Below are positions 26,650 to 41,314 of a stretch of DNA of 64,000 bases, one piece after another. The notes under the pieces were generated by a model. That model did no database searches and was not told the DNA's origin. It saw only the letters and a program-made list of their open reading frames with translations. Position numbers and translations under genes: made by a program. Where the stretch lies: the NCBI RefSeq assembly GCF_006345805.1, contig NC_042999.1:61380001-61444000 (forward strand), written 5' to 3'. The number at the start of each line of letters is the position of its first letter. Within the stretch, counting starts at the first letter, position 1. The DNA is from Octopus sinensis (taxonomy: Eukaryota).

Positions 26650-26780
26650 ATTCTACCACAAGAGGCGACTTTGCTTTCATCCTTCCAGGCTCGATTAAAT
26701 AAGTACCAATTGAGCAACTGGGAGCGATAAAATTGATTGACTCCGTGCTTAAAATTCCTGGTCTTGTCTTAAAATTACAA
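26650..26780 (+). mobile_element. Old SINE family A-like copy
   Basis: gaggcgactttgctttcatccttccaggctcgattaaataagtacc central domain. Confidence 0.6.
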
Positions 26781-28569
26781 AGAATTATTCATTGGCTGTG
26801 CCACCTCATTCAAGACAGGCGACTGTGCTATGACGGAGATTTTGCTGCTGATTGTATCCGGCCGTGCGAGGCAACAATGTCGCTGGAATCCATGAGGAGA
26901 ACGCCTTTGTTGCCATCGTTATATAGAAACTCTCTCTATCACCTTTTAATTCGCCTGACCTTGATTAAATGGGAGACCTTTCCTTGAGGTTCAATATCTA
27001 TGGCATGCTATATATATTATTTATTGACTGACACAATTAATTTGACATTCAATGTCATAAATCCGAGAGAAAACAATGTTAATATTTTAGCTATGTTATA
27101 TATTAGCCATGGGTCAGATATTCGTTTGGTTTATTGGTAGAGTGTCGGCTTCGTGTTGTCGGTGTCTATGTCTCAGTTGCTTAGATTTAAAGCAATGTTT
27201 TGATTGATATTACCAATGTAACATTTCATTTATGCTTCAGCAACAAAGATATGAAACAGCATTTCTGTTTTGTTGGCTTTTTTTCTCTCTTTCCTAGTCT
27301 GAATATCACTTTCAATGGATTTTATGTATTATTTATACTTCTGTGATTCAATGTACATACAACTGCATATTTTCTGCAGACCTACATTTTTATTGACATT
27401 TATCAATTCGTTACCTATATTATTTTTATTAATACTGCTATTGATATTATTGTTTATATTGTTGTTGTCGTTGTTGCTGTTGCTGCTACACTTATTTTTG
27501 TTTTTGTGGTTGTTCTTCAGGTTGTTTTATATTAGTTCACATTCTAGTTAGCTTGATTTCCAGGATCGGATATATGTATATGTGTGTGTGTGTGTGTATG
27601 TGTGTGTGTGTGTATGTGTGTGTGTGTGTGTGATTGTAAATATATATATATTATATATGTATTTATATATATATATATAAGTATATATATATGTATATGT
27701 ATATCTATATATAAATATATACATATATATACATATATATATAAATGTATATATATATGTATGTATATATATATATATACATATATATGTATACACATAC
27801 ATATATATATATATGTGTATATATATATATATATGTATGTATGTATGTATGTATACACATAGGATGTGCATGTGTGTGTGCATCTACACAATGAAGCTGA
27901 TATACGTATACATACAAATATATGCGTATATGTATGTAAGTGCGTGAGTGAGTCTGTGTCTGTTTGTCTGTGTACCTGTGTGACTCTGTGTCAGTGTATG
28001 TATGTATGTATGTGTATGCAGTGTTCTTCCTATAAACTATATTGCAAGTTATAACGTCATGAATGCATCTTGGGAAATCTTGTAAAAGCATCTCTTATCA
28101 TAAGTTTTACACACTATTTTTACCGGCCAATGGAGATGTATTATTGCTTCGATATAAACATATGCACACATAAGGACTAACAATGCCATATGTTTACGAG
28201 TGTGTGTATATGTATAATGATTGAAAGCTTCCCAGTTGTGAGCTTGTGCAACAATGGTCTTTGTATGTGTGTGTGTGTGTGTCTGTGTGCATATGTATGT
28301 GTGCATGAGTTTGTGTGTGTTCGTATGTATTTCCGTGTATGTGTGTAGAGGGATGTTTGAGAATGTCTACACTTACATGTTTGTTTCTGTAAGTTAATAT
28401 AGATGTTTCAAAAATTCCATAAATTGTTATGCAACAAGATATCAGCCGATTCGATTAATTGTAATATGCATATAAACTTAGTACGACATTTTACATAGAT
28501 ACTAGACCTTATTTTCCATACATCTCAGACACACACACACATATATATATATATATCTTTGCATGCATG

Positions 28570-28611
<42 letters not shown>

Positions 28612-28691
28612 TATATACATATGTATACATATACACAGGTACATATATATATATATACATATGCACAGGTACATATATATATATATATATA

Positions 28692-28744
<53 letters not shown>

Positions 28745-28879
28745 TAACATACACACAAACACATATATATGAATGCATATGTGCCTCTGTGTTTGAATCT
28801 GTTTTCGTGTTTGTAAGCGTTGTAAAATTTTGCAGTCTATGTTGACATGTATATATATTTACCTGTATATGTATATATG

Positions 28880-28910
<31 letters not shown>

Positions 28911-28988
28911 ATGTATGTGTGTGTGTGTTTATATGTATATATTATGGACAGCTGTATTTGTGCACATATCTATACATACATATATATC

Positions 28989-29029
<41 letters not shown>

Positions 29030-29373
29030 ATACATAGGAAATGGATCTCAGTTGTACATGAAAGTAAGCGTTTAAAGACAATATTTACACCATTGATGTG
29101 TTAAGTGTTGAACCACACTCCAGCTTTATTTTCTACTAAAATTTCCAATATTTTCCGAAATGCGCTCGGGTAAAAATGGAAATAATATTATTAGAAATAG
29201 ATTTATGTCCTTAGATTGGGAATTTAGAATATTAGATATTTTTTCTTCTTCACGCTTTTAGGTTTATTTCAATTTGATTTTCATTTTATGTTTCCATTAA
29301 TAAACTGGCATACACACAGCTATATGCATTAAGTAAAATATACATACATATATATATGTATACATACATATAT

Positions 29374-29417
<44 letters not shown>

Positions 29418-29419
29418 TA

Positions 29420-29464
<45 letters not shown>

Positions 29465-30142
29465 AGCATCCTTATATACAAGTGTCCTTATACACAAATA
29501 TATAAGATATTTTACGCTCATATGTATATATATATATACCTATATACCTGAAGTGATTAAAGACAGGTAGACAGATAGATAGATTGACATATGCATGTAC
29601 ATAAATATATATGTATATATAATTATGTATATGTGTGTGTATGCGTGTGTGTGTATCGAAAGGTGCTATTCATCCACACTTAAATGAGGATGTTTTGTTA
29701 GAACAAGCTATACTGCGATAGTTACCATGTGAGGAACTCTCACATTTGTTGTTGATACAAAATTCTCTCTAGTATATATCGCTTGCGGGCAAATAAACAC
29801 TCCCCATCTTCAAGCACCGAGACAACTAGATCTATTATTAATAAAACCTAGAATTTTCGAAATCTCGTGAGTTGGTGCTCGCGACGTTAGAGGTGGCGGG
29901 ATTTTACCTGCCCGTTAGTGATATGAAGAAGAGCACATTTTACACCAAAATGTAATATGAAATTTTCTCGCTTAATTTATTCTTACGAAACTTCCAAGTG
30001 TAAGTGGTAGTAAATTATAAATATTATCTCTTGGTATTAATGCTGCCATTGTCGCTCATATATATATTTATATTTATTGGCTACTTAAGTTGAGGCAACA
30101 GAATTTAATACGGTATTATCCATACAATTTCAAAAGATGGCG

Positions 30143-30261
30143 AATAAATTAAAATAAATAACAAGGATATCCAGAGGTAATGCAGTACGATCGTTTCAAA
30201 TGGAGTCGCTTGAAACGATCGTACTGATTATATCTGGATGTCCCTGTTGCTTATTTTGATT

Positions 30262-30262
<1 letters not shown>
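30143..30262. repeat. Hairpin of two PLE-type termini joined inside the hammerhead
   Basis: cagtacgatcgtttcaa (30183-30199) and ttgaaacgatcgtactg (30210-30226) are perfect; arms extend imperfectly to ~55 bp. Confidence 0.8.
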
Positions 30263-30346
<84 letters not shown>

Positions 30347-30559
30347 ATGATAATGGTTTCACGGGAATATGTTTGCAGTTATACAATCGCAGTGTGAATG
30401 TGTTCCCGTCATCTTCGATGAGAGTTAGACGTAGGATTTCATATGACATAAAAGCAAACGGTCTGGATAAGTAAAAGAGTGGAAATAATCTTTCAGTAAC
30501 TGTGGTATCAGTTGCTTCCTTTGTCGGCAATTAAGTTAATAATACGTGACCGCATGTGT

Positions 30560-30740
30560 ACCATTGGCGATTTTTTTTCCTCCGTCTTCCCTTCTCTTGA
30601 TCTTTCCTTTTCCTATGTTTCTGACGAAGAGCTCCGCTCGAACCGTTAATCCCTCCTTCTTCCCTTCCTTCCTGAGCGTCCAATAATACTATATTTGTTC
30701 CACGTCCTCGCGTTGTTGTGTTTTCATGTTTGCATTAACT
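30560..30740 (+). mobile_element. PLE-type terminal repeat with near-intact hammerhead at 30616-30650
   Basis: CTGACGA-a-GAGC-tcc-GCTC-GAACCGTT: one substitution from GAAACGTT. Confidence 0.6.
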
Positions 30741-30888
30741 TTATAAATGTGTGTGTGTGTGTATATAAATATATACACGCATACATGCACACATACTTCT
30801 AAAATTTGTTAAGTTTATCTCTACAAATAATAGCCAGCACTGATTTTGTTATGACGTTACCTATTCGAGAACCCAGACGTAAACAACA

Positions 30889-31379
<491 letters not shown>

Positions 31380-31967
31380 GTGTTGTGATATCAAGGCTAA
31401 CACAGTAGAACACTTACAAAATTATTCTTCGGTAAATGGTACTGACGGATGCTACTGATAGAATTGTGAAGTTATACATGTATATGTGGCTATGCGTATG
31501 TATGTGTGCCTTTGTCTGTGTGTGCACGCGTGTGGTTGTATTTGTGTATTTCTATCGGTAGAATACTCTGTGTACGCAGTGGACATCGCATTATGAGTGA
31601 TACATCTTACGGTAGCATGTATCAGCTAGTGCGTGTGTGTGTGTGTGTATATGCAGTGATGTTTATATGTTTTATGAATAGATATACAAACATATGTGTG
31701 TGTGTATATATATATAAATACATAAGTAAATATATATGTATATGCATATATGTTCAAATATATGTGTGTTGCATTTAAGTGAGGTCAAGCGGGTCACTAA
31801 CAAAGTGACAAGACGTTTGAGTAAAATTACTGTTGTTATGACAGTAGAATATTACCATTTTTGATTATGATTAACGTTAGAAAGAATTTCTAAAGCTTCT
31901 ACTATAACGATCTTCTTTATTACAATCTTTATCTTCGAAATTATTATGATTATTATTATCATTTAAG

Positions 31968-32180
31968 TCAGCGTGCTGGCAGAATGGTCAGCACGCTGGA
32001 TGAAATGCTTAGCGGTATTTCGTCCGTCGCTACTTTCTGAGTTCGAATTCAGCCGAGGTCGTCTTTGCCTATCATCCTCCCTGAGTCGATAAATTAAGTA
32101 CCAGTTATACACTGCGGTTGATGTAATGAATTAGACCCCTCCCCACAAATTTAAGGTCTAGTGCCTCTAGTAGAAAGGAT
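31968..32180 (+). mobile_element. SINE family A-like, diverged, variant tail
   Basis: gcgtgctggcagaatggtcagcacg...gagttcgaattc...gagtcgataaattaagtacc. Confidence 0.8.
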
Positions 32181-33229
32181 CATTATTATTATCATCATTC
32201 TTATGAATATTTGAAACACTAAAGATGAAATTATAGAGTTAATTACTAAATACTTACCGTATTTTTAGTGTTTATAGTGAATTTATAGATATCAGGGGGA
32301 CAGAACGTGCTACAGTTTGTCCAAAGGACCCAGACATTTTCCTGCTAGCATCAACGCTGTTCAGCCCCACAAGACATAGAAACACGGTGATGAAGGTGTC
32401 GAAACTGTTGTGATCTCTGATCAATAGCTGATTGATCGAATTTCCACCTGCAGAAGTATGCATACACTCCTCGACGCACGTGCACACACACACACACACA
32501 GACACACTTATATATAGTGATATCAATACTGCCACTTTTCATTTTCTGCGTGGCATTGTGTTTGTTTATTACTATGACACTCTGATGCATTGAAATTGTT
32601 TATTGTTGTAATCCTCCATGCTTGGAGAGGGGAATAGAACGCAAAAACATTTTCATAAGAAAACAGTCAATTATTAAGTATGCCAAGATTTTTGCGTATC
32701 TTCGTCGGTCATTTCTCCTGTGTGAGGATAACTTTCTCCAAGAAATATCCACTTCCTTTGCATCTGTATTTTGCAAAATTAAACGCCTTCGAAATGAAGA
32801 CCCTTTTTTTATTCTTTGCTAGCAGTAGAAATTTATCGCTGTGTAAATGAAAAACTCATGAATAAGCTTTCCTAAAGAAGAAAGAAATTCATCACAATCA
32901 AGATGTATTGTTACGTTGAAAATATCTAAATACGCAAATGTCATTGAATTATCATTAGTTAAAAATTAGAAACACTCTGATATATTCATTGCTCTTTGCT
33001 CCATGCGTACTTTTAAAACTACTATTATACTTCTACTGGAGCACAATGCAGAGTAACTAATATCGAAGAATATATTTTCGGAAGCAGAGGTTGCCTGTAA
33101 ATGATGATCGCCAAACGAAACCTTGCGTAAATTACACCTTAGTTGTACCCTAATAATAGGAGACAGTTTCCCTAGAATCATTCACTCAGTATTATAATGA
33201 AGAAGTATTATCTTTTGGGGGAATGGATA

Positions 33230-33794
33230 TTGGGTTGTCCGGAAAGTTCGTGCCGATTTATGGTAGCTTACTTTCGACTTATTTTAGAACATGGTTGAGT
33301 CCATAATATAGGATTTGACTGCACCTCCATTTAGAATACGGTTTACACTATCTTTTCGTGGGAGAATTTTTATGTTCCTATAACCTGTGTTAATTCTGTA
33401 ACCCTTTAAAATGGAAGGTAAGAAAATTCATTTTCGGTACTTGAAGCTTTGGGAACCAGACAAAAATTGCTGCAGCTTGGCTGGGATGTGTTACCCTACC
33501 CTCCATATTCACCAGATATTGCTCCTTCGGATTTCCACTTAATCAGGTCTCTGCAGAATAGTTTTAATGGTAAAAATTTCAATTCCTTGCATGGCGTAAA
33601 AAGATACCTTGATGAATTCTTTGTCATGAAATCATCTCAATTCTGAGAAGAGGGTATTTTCAAGTTAAAGGAAAGATGGAGACGCAATGTGCAACAAAAT
33701 GGTTTATATCTGGTTGATTAAAACTGTAATGGAAAGTATTCATTGACCTTTTTCTTGCCTTTAAAAATCGGCACGAACTTTCCAGACAACCCAA
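33230..33794 (+). mobile_element. Internally deleted mariner transposon, copy 2
   Basis: Same TIRs; TRQKLLQLGWDVLPYPPYSPDIAPSDFHL. Confidence 0.93.
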
Positions 33795-35874
33795 GATATA
33801 GATTTGGGTATATCAGTCGCCTTTGTTAAAAGTACCAGAAAATTATTTTGACGAAAATACAGCGCGTCAAAAAAGTGAAGCAACCGATACATGGTCGCAT
33901 GTAATGCTAGAAAAGTGAGTCAAAGCTTCCCTAAACTCCACAAGACAGTATTTAAATAAATGATACATTGAATGAAATTCTAAAATCAATTTTCTGGCAG
34001 AGTGTATTGCGTCTTAGTGCTGTTTTTCTTACAGACGGTGCCTAATTGATCCTACTATACTGTGTAGTCGATTAAATCAAAAACAAACAATGTGCATGTG
34101 CGAAAATAAAAATATTAAATGGCGACACTTTACCCATCATAACCTGTACATTTCCCACACACATTACCGTTGCAATGAAGCTTATTTATATATATTTTTT
34201 ATTCTTCTCTTTGATTATTGATACGTTGTTTAATAAACTTTCATATGAACCATCATGTAATCGATAATCTCTACATTGGTATATTTTCATTTCAATCGGG
34301 TTTTGAAAATTAGTTGATTTTGATTAAAACATTTTCCTGCTTTGAAATATTTTTTTTTTTACTTTTCTTTCATAAATATCCCAATCTGTGTCTTTTCTTG
34401 GTTGTTCCATTCATTACAATATATGCATCTATTGTCTTAAGAACATTCTAGCATATTTATTTAAATTTCCTCTTTATATTGTCTAGCAGCATACTTTTGA
34501 TTTTGATTTTACTTAGATTGAAAGGCACTTTCTCGGGAAATATTGTCTATATTCTTTCTTAATTTGTATTGCATATTCTTTTTTTTAGTTCTCATTAATT
34601 TATATTACATAGCTCGGTATGTTGACAAACATTATCCACAGTAGCCTTCTATATACATGATTTCTTTTAGATACCTCTAAAGACCTCATTAAATTGCGTA
34701 ACACATTTTAGAAAACATTTGAGTAAACTTACAATCTCTTACTTATTTATATGCCAACATAAAACAATTCTAACTGCTGTGCAGGCCAGTTTTCATTCTG
34801 TTTTCATTTACGCACCATCTGATACATGGCCGCTGTCTGAATCGATTTACTACTATGAATGTCAAATACACATCTGAGGCATTAATTTCTTGTGTACATA
34901 AATATTTTTTATATTGCCAATAGTTTATTTGTTTTCTTTTAAATATTTTGATTTCTGCGATTTGTGCTGAAATAGAATTCCTGAAGTTTTACATTTTATT
35001 GCAGATTTCTAATTTATTCCCCGGTAACAATGTATTTGTCTGAATTTAATGTTCTGCTCTCAATGTTCTACTTCGTTATGTTAGTGTAAGACTGGAAAGA
35101 TAAGGCAGCAACTATGCTTTTGGTAGGGTTTCCAAACATGTTGCAACGAAATCAGGATGTTATGTTTTATACGAACGACCGAACAATTCAAGAACTGTAG
35201 TCAGCCATCCTACGGGCTTTTAGACGGTTTCTATTTCCCACATTATACTTCCAAGACCTTAGTCAATTCAAAACTATGCTAAAAGACATTTTCTCTAAGT
35301 GTCCTGCTTTGGGATTCAATCCGAAATCAGTTTCATAGATATCTTTTAATCTCACATCCATACTTGCATCTTATTTGGTATACCTTGTGTAAATAGTTTT
35401 GATGGCCTTGATGAATTGCTAATAACGGTTAGATTAACGTGATGTTTCCTATACAATATCACTTTAGTTCTATTTCTATTGATATCCATGCAGTCTAAAT
35501 GTGAACGCAGCTACAACAGAAGCAAATTAATTCATTTATATCTTAATGTATTTTAAAATCTGTTTCGAATCGGGCATTAAATATTTCTGCCATTGTTTGC
35601 ACTATTGCTTCCTAGCAATATAAATCATCATTATAGATCATCATTATTGCTTCCCAGCAATATAGATCATCAGCCGATTTCCCCTCTCTGCATTACGTTA
35701 TGCCGAGAAACAGTACCCCTTATTTGATATAAAACTTTTAAAATTGTTGCTTATAATCAAATTTAATACATTGTTTCAAACTCAGAACCGAGGAGAAATA
35801 TTTCGACCCTGTAGTGGACTAAGGTTTTCAAATATCTATTTTACTTTGATACTTTAATAATGTATACAGACATG

Positions 35875-35922
<48 letters not shown>

Positions 35923-36132
35923 TATTTATATATGCATATTTATAAATGCATATTTATACATGCATATGCACACACACATGAATATACACAGAGACACACA
36001 TATATATATATATATATATATAGGGTAAGAGAAGCAAAATGCACTTTACATAGTTTTAATATAATTTTTAATATGATTTATAAGTGTGTGTGTGAGTGTG
36101 TGTGTGTGTATGTATGTATATATGTATATTTA

Positions 36133-36298
36133 GGCACAGGCATGGCTGTGTGGTAAATAGCTTGCTTACCAACCACATAGTTCCGGGTTCAGTCCCACCT
36201 TGGGCAAGTGTCTTCTACAATAGCCTCGGGCCGACCAAAGCATGGTGAGTGGATTTGGTAGACAGAAACTGAAAGAAGCCCGTCGTATACATACACAC

Positions 36299-36347
<49 letters not shown>

Positions 36348-36425
36348 TAAAAGAAATAAAACATATGCATATATATAAACATATATGTACATACCTACCT
36401 CTACATGTACATATACACGCATATA

Positions 36426-36492
<67 letters not shown>

Positions 36493-36724
36493 TAGATGTG
36501 TGTGTGTGTGTGTTTGTGTGTTTGTGTTTGTCCTCCAACTTCACTTGACAATCAATGCTGGTGTGTTTACATCTCTGTAACTTAGCGGTTCGACAAAAAA
36601 TACCGATAGAATAAGTACTAGGCTTCCAAAGAATAAATCCTGGGGTCGATTTGCTCGACTAAGAGGCGGTACTCCAGCATGGCCGCAGTTAAATGACTGA
36701 AATGAATAAAAGAGTAAAAAGAGT
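36133..36724 (+). mobile_element. SINE family B, full length, with an 84-bp foreign fragment in its TA core
   Basis: Head at 36133, 3' half ~36515-36724; insert 36344-36427. Confidence 0.88.
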
Positions 36725-36745
36725 ATATATATATATTTACATATA

Positions 36746-36958
36746 CAAGAGGTGCTGAGAAGTTCTTGGTTCTATCGTGAAAGGCGTGGTTGGACGTCCA
36801 ACCTTCCTCACTCTTTTACAGGGTTTTGGAAAAAACTGATGGTTTTGCTGCAATAAGTGTGTGAATCTCAAAGGGGAATATGTTGAATAAAATCATAATT
36901 TACTGATCCTTCTGTATTTTCCTTTACCCAAAGCCAGGGACTTTTCAGCATCCCTTCT
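36746..36958 (+). mobile_element. Mariner-derived MITE
   Basis: Imperfect TIRs caagaggtgctgagaagttcttggtt / aagccagggacttttcagcatcccttct with TA flanks; retains NKCVNLKGEYVE*, a mariner-type C-terminus. Confidence 0.75.
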
Positions 36959-37624
36959 TATAATTATCCATATAAATGTACCTCTCAACCTGTTTCTCCC
37001 TTTTCTTTTTCGAAAAATATTTTGAATTCCACAAAATTTGAAATCATCCAGAGTTTCCTGAACTGAACTGTGATTAACAAATGATATTCAGTTATGCCTT
37101 ATTGCTATTTTATTAATATCTCTACTCTTTCATATTTTAATTAGTTTTACTAATTGGAAGCGAATCAATAAACGTTTTAATAATTCATGAAGTACGCTGC
37201 TCCGGTACGAAATTCAAGTAAAATGCTTTTGTAGTGGATTAATGTGTATTAATGTTTTATGATATTTTAATTCCTTTGAAATCTGCTTCCTTCCAAGTTG
37301 AAGGAATAATTTTAATGCATTTTTTTTGTTTCAATATCAGATCTGAAATTATTTATGAAACCATGTCAATTATTCTGTTCGTAGTTTTACATGTATTTCA
37401 TCATAATTCTTTTGCTAACTTTCAAACGTTGGTCAAACGAAAAGAATATCAACATTTGAAATTTAGTATCTTCGAGCAAAATGACATTTTGGATTCTGTA
37501 AATACATAAAATAAATGATCACAGCAAATGACAGTAGTTCCTAAGGAAATACTTTAAAATTAAATTTTGCTAAGTTCTGTAATCTTTAATTATTTAACTT
37601 TTCATGCAACATAACTAAACTCTC

Positions 37625-37725
<101 letters not shown>

Positions 37726-37728
37726 CAT

Positions 37729-37776
<48 letters not shown>

Positions 37777-37802
37777 ATATACATAGGCATATACATATAC
37801 AC

Positions 37803-37843
<41 letters not shown>

Positions 37844-38269
37844 GTTTTATCCGGCATCACGTCGTTTTATTCCCAACTCATGAATAGTGTTCAAAATTAC
37901 GTAGCTTAAATTTCTAATGCATAAGAATAACTTTAATGACCCCTTTTACATTCAGTAATGAGTCAGGAATGTTATCTTATAGTAATGACGTAACCTGCGT
38001 ATATTGTAACACACGTATTTTGTAATATATTTATTCACATCCTCGCCGTTATCGACACTCACTGGGAGTCTGTGACAGTTGTTCGCCTCACTTAATATCT
38101 GTGCACTCACATGTGCCTACATAGGAATGCGGGTTCCAGAGATCCAAATGGAGACACCACATTTATTGGCTTACATGAGGAGAGGTACTATGTGGGTAGA
38201 GTCACACTTTTTTACCGCAGGTATTTAATTCATATTTAAGGTATTTGTTTTAAAAGTTATGTAAAAAAA

Positions 38270-38900
38270 AATCTTGATCCAGCCATCGTAGATGACCCAT
38301 CTTCACGCGTATCAGATATTCTGCAAATATTTATGACATCCATTGTTTCAAATGTGTCTTTAGTATGTCTCTGAAGCGCTTCATTTCTTGGAAAATACGC
38401 TTTACATCACTCAGCAGGAATGGAAATGTTGTCTTAGAACCTATTATCTATCGTTCAACACAACATAGACAACCCAGCAAACTCGATGTCACGTAATTGT
38501 GGCTTCAATGCAAGAGATATTGTACATAGACAATCCTACAGCTTTTCAGCCACTGGGTGTGGATGGTTTTCCTAAAATATCTTTGATGATACACTTTCAG
38601 TTTATTGATATGCTGCTTATAATATGCCAAGGCTACAGCACAGTAAAGAAGTGTTCGTACATTACCTTACACAATACAGGTATGGTCGTTTGTATCCGAT
38701 TATGAGATACATATGATTATCTTCTCTGACAGACAAATATTCTGTTTACACATGTTACCTGCTGTTCTATCTTATCCTCAATATACAAGAACTATTTCAG
38801 GTATTCGGAGTGCAGTGCATTTTGACCCTTTTATCCATATACCCAGATACCTGAGTCATAGAATTAGATTCTCATGTATTCAGTACCAGGGGTTTACTTA
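38270..38900 (-). mobile_element. Heavily decayed RTE-like LINE, RT C-terminal region
   Basis: Manual translation: RYLG...LKVYHQRYFRKTIHTQW...SCIEATI...KRFRDILKTHLKQW resembles RTE post-RT motifs; many stops and frameshifts. Confidence 0.55.
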
Positions 38901-40926
38901 AGCTGGGAGTTACAACATTATTCAGAAGAAATATCGGTATCTGTAGAGGGGTTCCAGTAAATGTGTCATCATCTATGTATTAATATACTCATTCTCATTA
39001 TTCTGGCATTAGTTAACTAGTTTTTGGCTTGAATTTTACAATATATGAAGACAATATATGAAGACCGGAAATCTTTTGTTTTTACATATACACTGTAAGA
39101 TTTGTGAGGTTTGAGCAACATTCAAAGTGCACAGCAGGTAAATTTCACATTACAAAATTCTGTTCAAAATAACATATGGACAGGCCGGATGTTGTAGATA
39201 GGCATGCCCATAAAAGGGAAGATTATAGCGATTGAATTGCTTTTTGAATATAGGAATAGATAATCGGAATTTATCTTAAGTTATGCATCAACAAATGTAC
39301 AATTTGTACCATTCACTATTCTTGTTTTCCGTCTCATTTACAAATCCCAACTCTTACGTTTAATATTAAGCAACACATTCGATATTATATTGAACCTAAA
39401 TATTTTCCATCTAACTCATCCCGGCCTTTTCTTACAAACTAATATCTGCAAAATCCTAAACAAAATTTCACAGCATTAATTCTTCAGATAATTTATATTT
39501 CTCATTACTCGATTGCCTAAACACAAAACAGAGACGAGCATATGTCCTCTTCGAAACAAAAAGTCGATGAATTTAAAGATTATGAATTTATTAAATTAGA
39601 GAAAATGAGTTTCAAAATTATAACTGTGAGATACAACTTGAATATGAATCCTTTTAGATATTTCAAAGTTGAACAGAAGGCAAAGAAATCGATCGGAATA
39701 TTTTCTATCTTAGTGGTTGTCCGAGGTTGGTATCTCATTGCATTTCTGAATCGACTTCCGGTAATCATATCGGTAAACTAAACGGATGTAGCACTCTGGA
39801 TATTAGGTATTGGAAAGGCTTAATGTATCACTTTTAAGCATTTGAATGATAGCTATATTTAATATTTTGGTGGGTTGAATATACACAACCAGCATAGAAA
39901 GATATTCGGAAAAGATTTTCAATTTGTGTTATTGCGAACGAACTTTAATCTCTGATTTTCAATGTGAGATGATGCATGTAAACATCACAACACCAACCTA
40001 TCGCATGATAGTCGAGAAGAGGAAATGCATTCATTTCAATGCATTCAATATAAAGCAAATTTACATCAGAATAATACGCATCACATTCTATTATACCAAA
40101 GTTCACAAGGTCAGCTTTACATTATGCAAATTTTTATATGGTTTGTTACAGCTAATAGTGAATTGCCGCCATATCTGTCTACAAATCTCTTTCCTGCTTC
40201 TATTTCGACAATGAATTTGAAAAGAAACTGAATAACAATAAGAACCAGGTTACAACACTTCCAATTTGGTATGGAAATTTATTTTATAGTGGCAGATTTC
40301 TTCTGGTGTGATCAACATTCAATGGTAAACTTAGTCGATGACCGTGTTTAACACCATCTCATTTGCAAATTTTGGGGACAGATCTCTTGTTTGTATCAGA
40401 ATTCTTTACAAGGATCACTAGTAATGTTTTCCCTCTTCTAATCAAACAATCATCTCATATATTTTAATGTAATATTTTGTCTAGTAGAGCAATTCAGCTC
40501 TATTCCTCATAATTAATGAGGAGATTTTGTCTTAAATTATTTACTAAAATAGTCATTTGCGAAATGTGAAATGTTACTGCAGAACAGCTTCTTAAGCTTC
40601 GTAGGTTTACTAACAAGAGATGATGGTTATATTGAAAATCTAACAAAAGCGTTTTAATGCAATAGGTCACACACAAAAACAGCTTTCATAAAGAAGGTTC
40701 TTTTCCAGCATGACCTTAGCCTCGATAACTACAATAAACTAATAAATGTTATTTGTGTTTAACAAACAAAAAGTTCAGAATTTCTATCTTCTTGGCCCTC
40801 ATTAATTTCAGTAAGGTTGCAACGACATAAGCTATTTCAGACATTATCTACAATAATTTATCTAGATATTTAAGATTGTCAATTACTGTTCGAGAAATAT
40901 GTGAGGAATAATTATTATTTTTTGCC

Positions 40927-41270
40927 CTTTTACTTGTTTCAGTCATTTGACTGAGGCCATGCTGGAACACCGCCTTTAGTCGAAAAAATCGGCTAGTACT
41001 TACTCTATCGGTCCCTTTTCCCGAACCGCTAAGTTATGAGGACGTAAACACACCAGCATCGCTTGTCAAACGATGTTGGAGGACAAACACACACTTACAT
41101 ATACATATATATACGACGGGCTTCTTTCAGTTTCCGTCTATCAAATCCACTCACAAGGCTTTGGTCGGCCCCAGGCTATACTAGAAACACTTGCCCAAGG
41201 TGCCACGCAGTGGGACTGAACCCGGAACCATGTGGTTGGTAAGCAAGCTACTTACCACACAGCCACTCCT
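40927..41270 (-). mobile_element. SINE family B, full length
   Basis: Minus strand aggagtggctgtgtggtaag...gggttcagtccc...gcaccttgggcaagtg...gactgaaacaagtaaaa. Confidence 0.9.
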
Positions 41271-41314
41271 GAGCATTTCACCCGGCGTGCTAACGATTCT
41301 GCCAGCTCGCCGCC
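41271..41314 (-). mobile_element. SINE family A 5' head fragment abutting the family B head
   Basis: ggcggcgagctggcagaatcgttagcacgccgggtgaaatgctc joined to aggagtggc. Confidence 0.8.

Noticed and set aside
32272-32460. Possible minus-strand terminal exon after ttctgcag
   Set aside because: No recognisable protein similarity; cannot be supported without transcripts.
34200-34950. AT-rich stretch vaguely like a decayed PLE ORF (minus)
   Set aside because: No diagnostic motif could be read with confidence.
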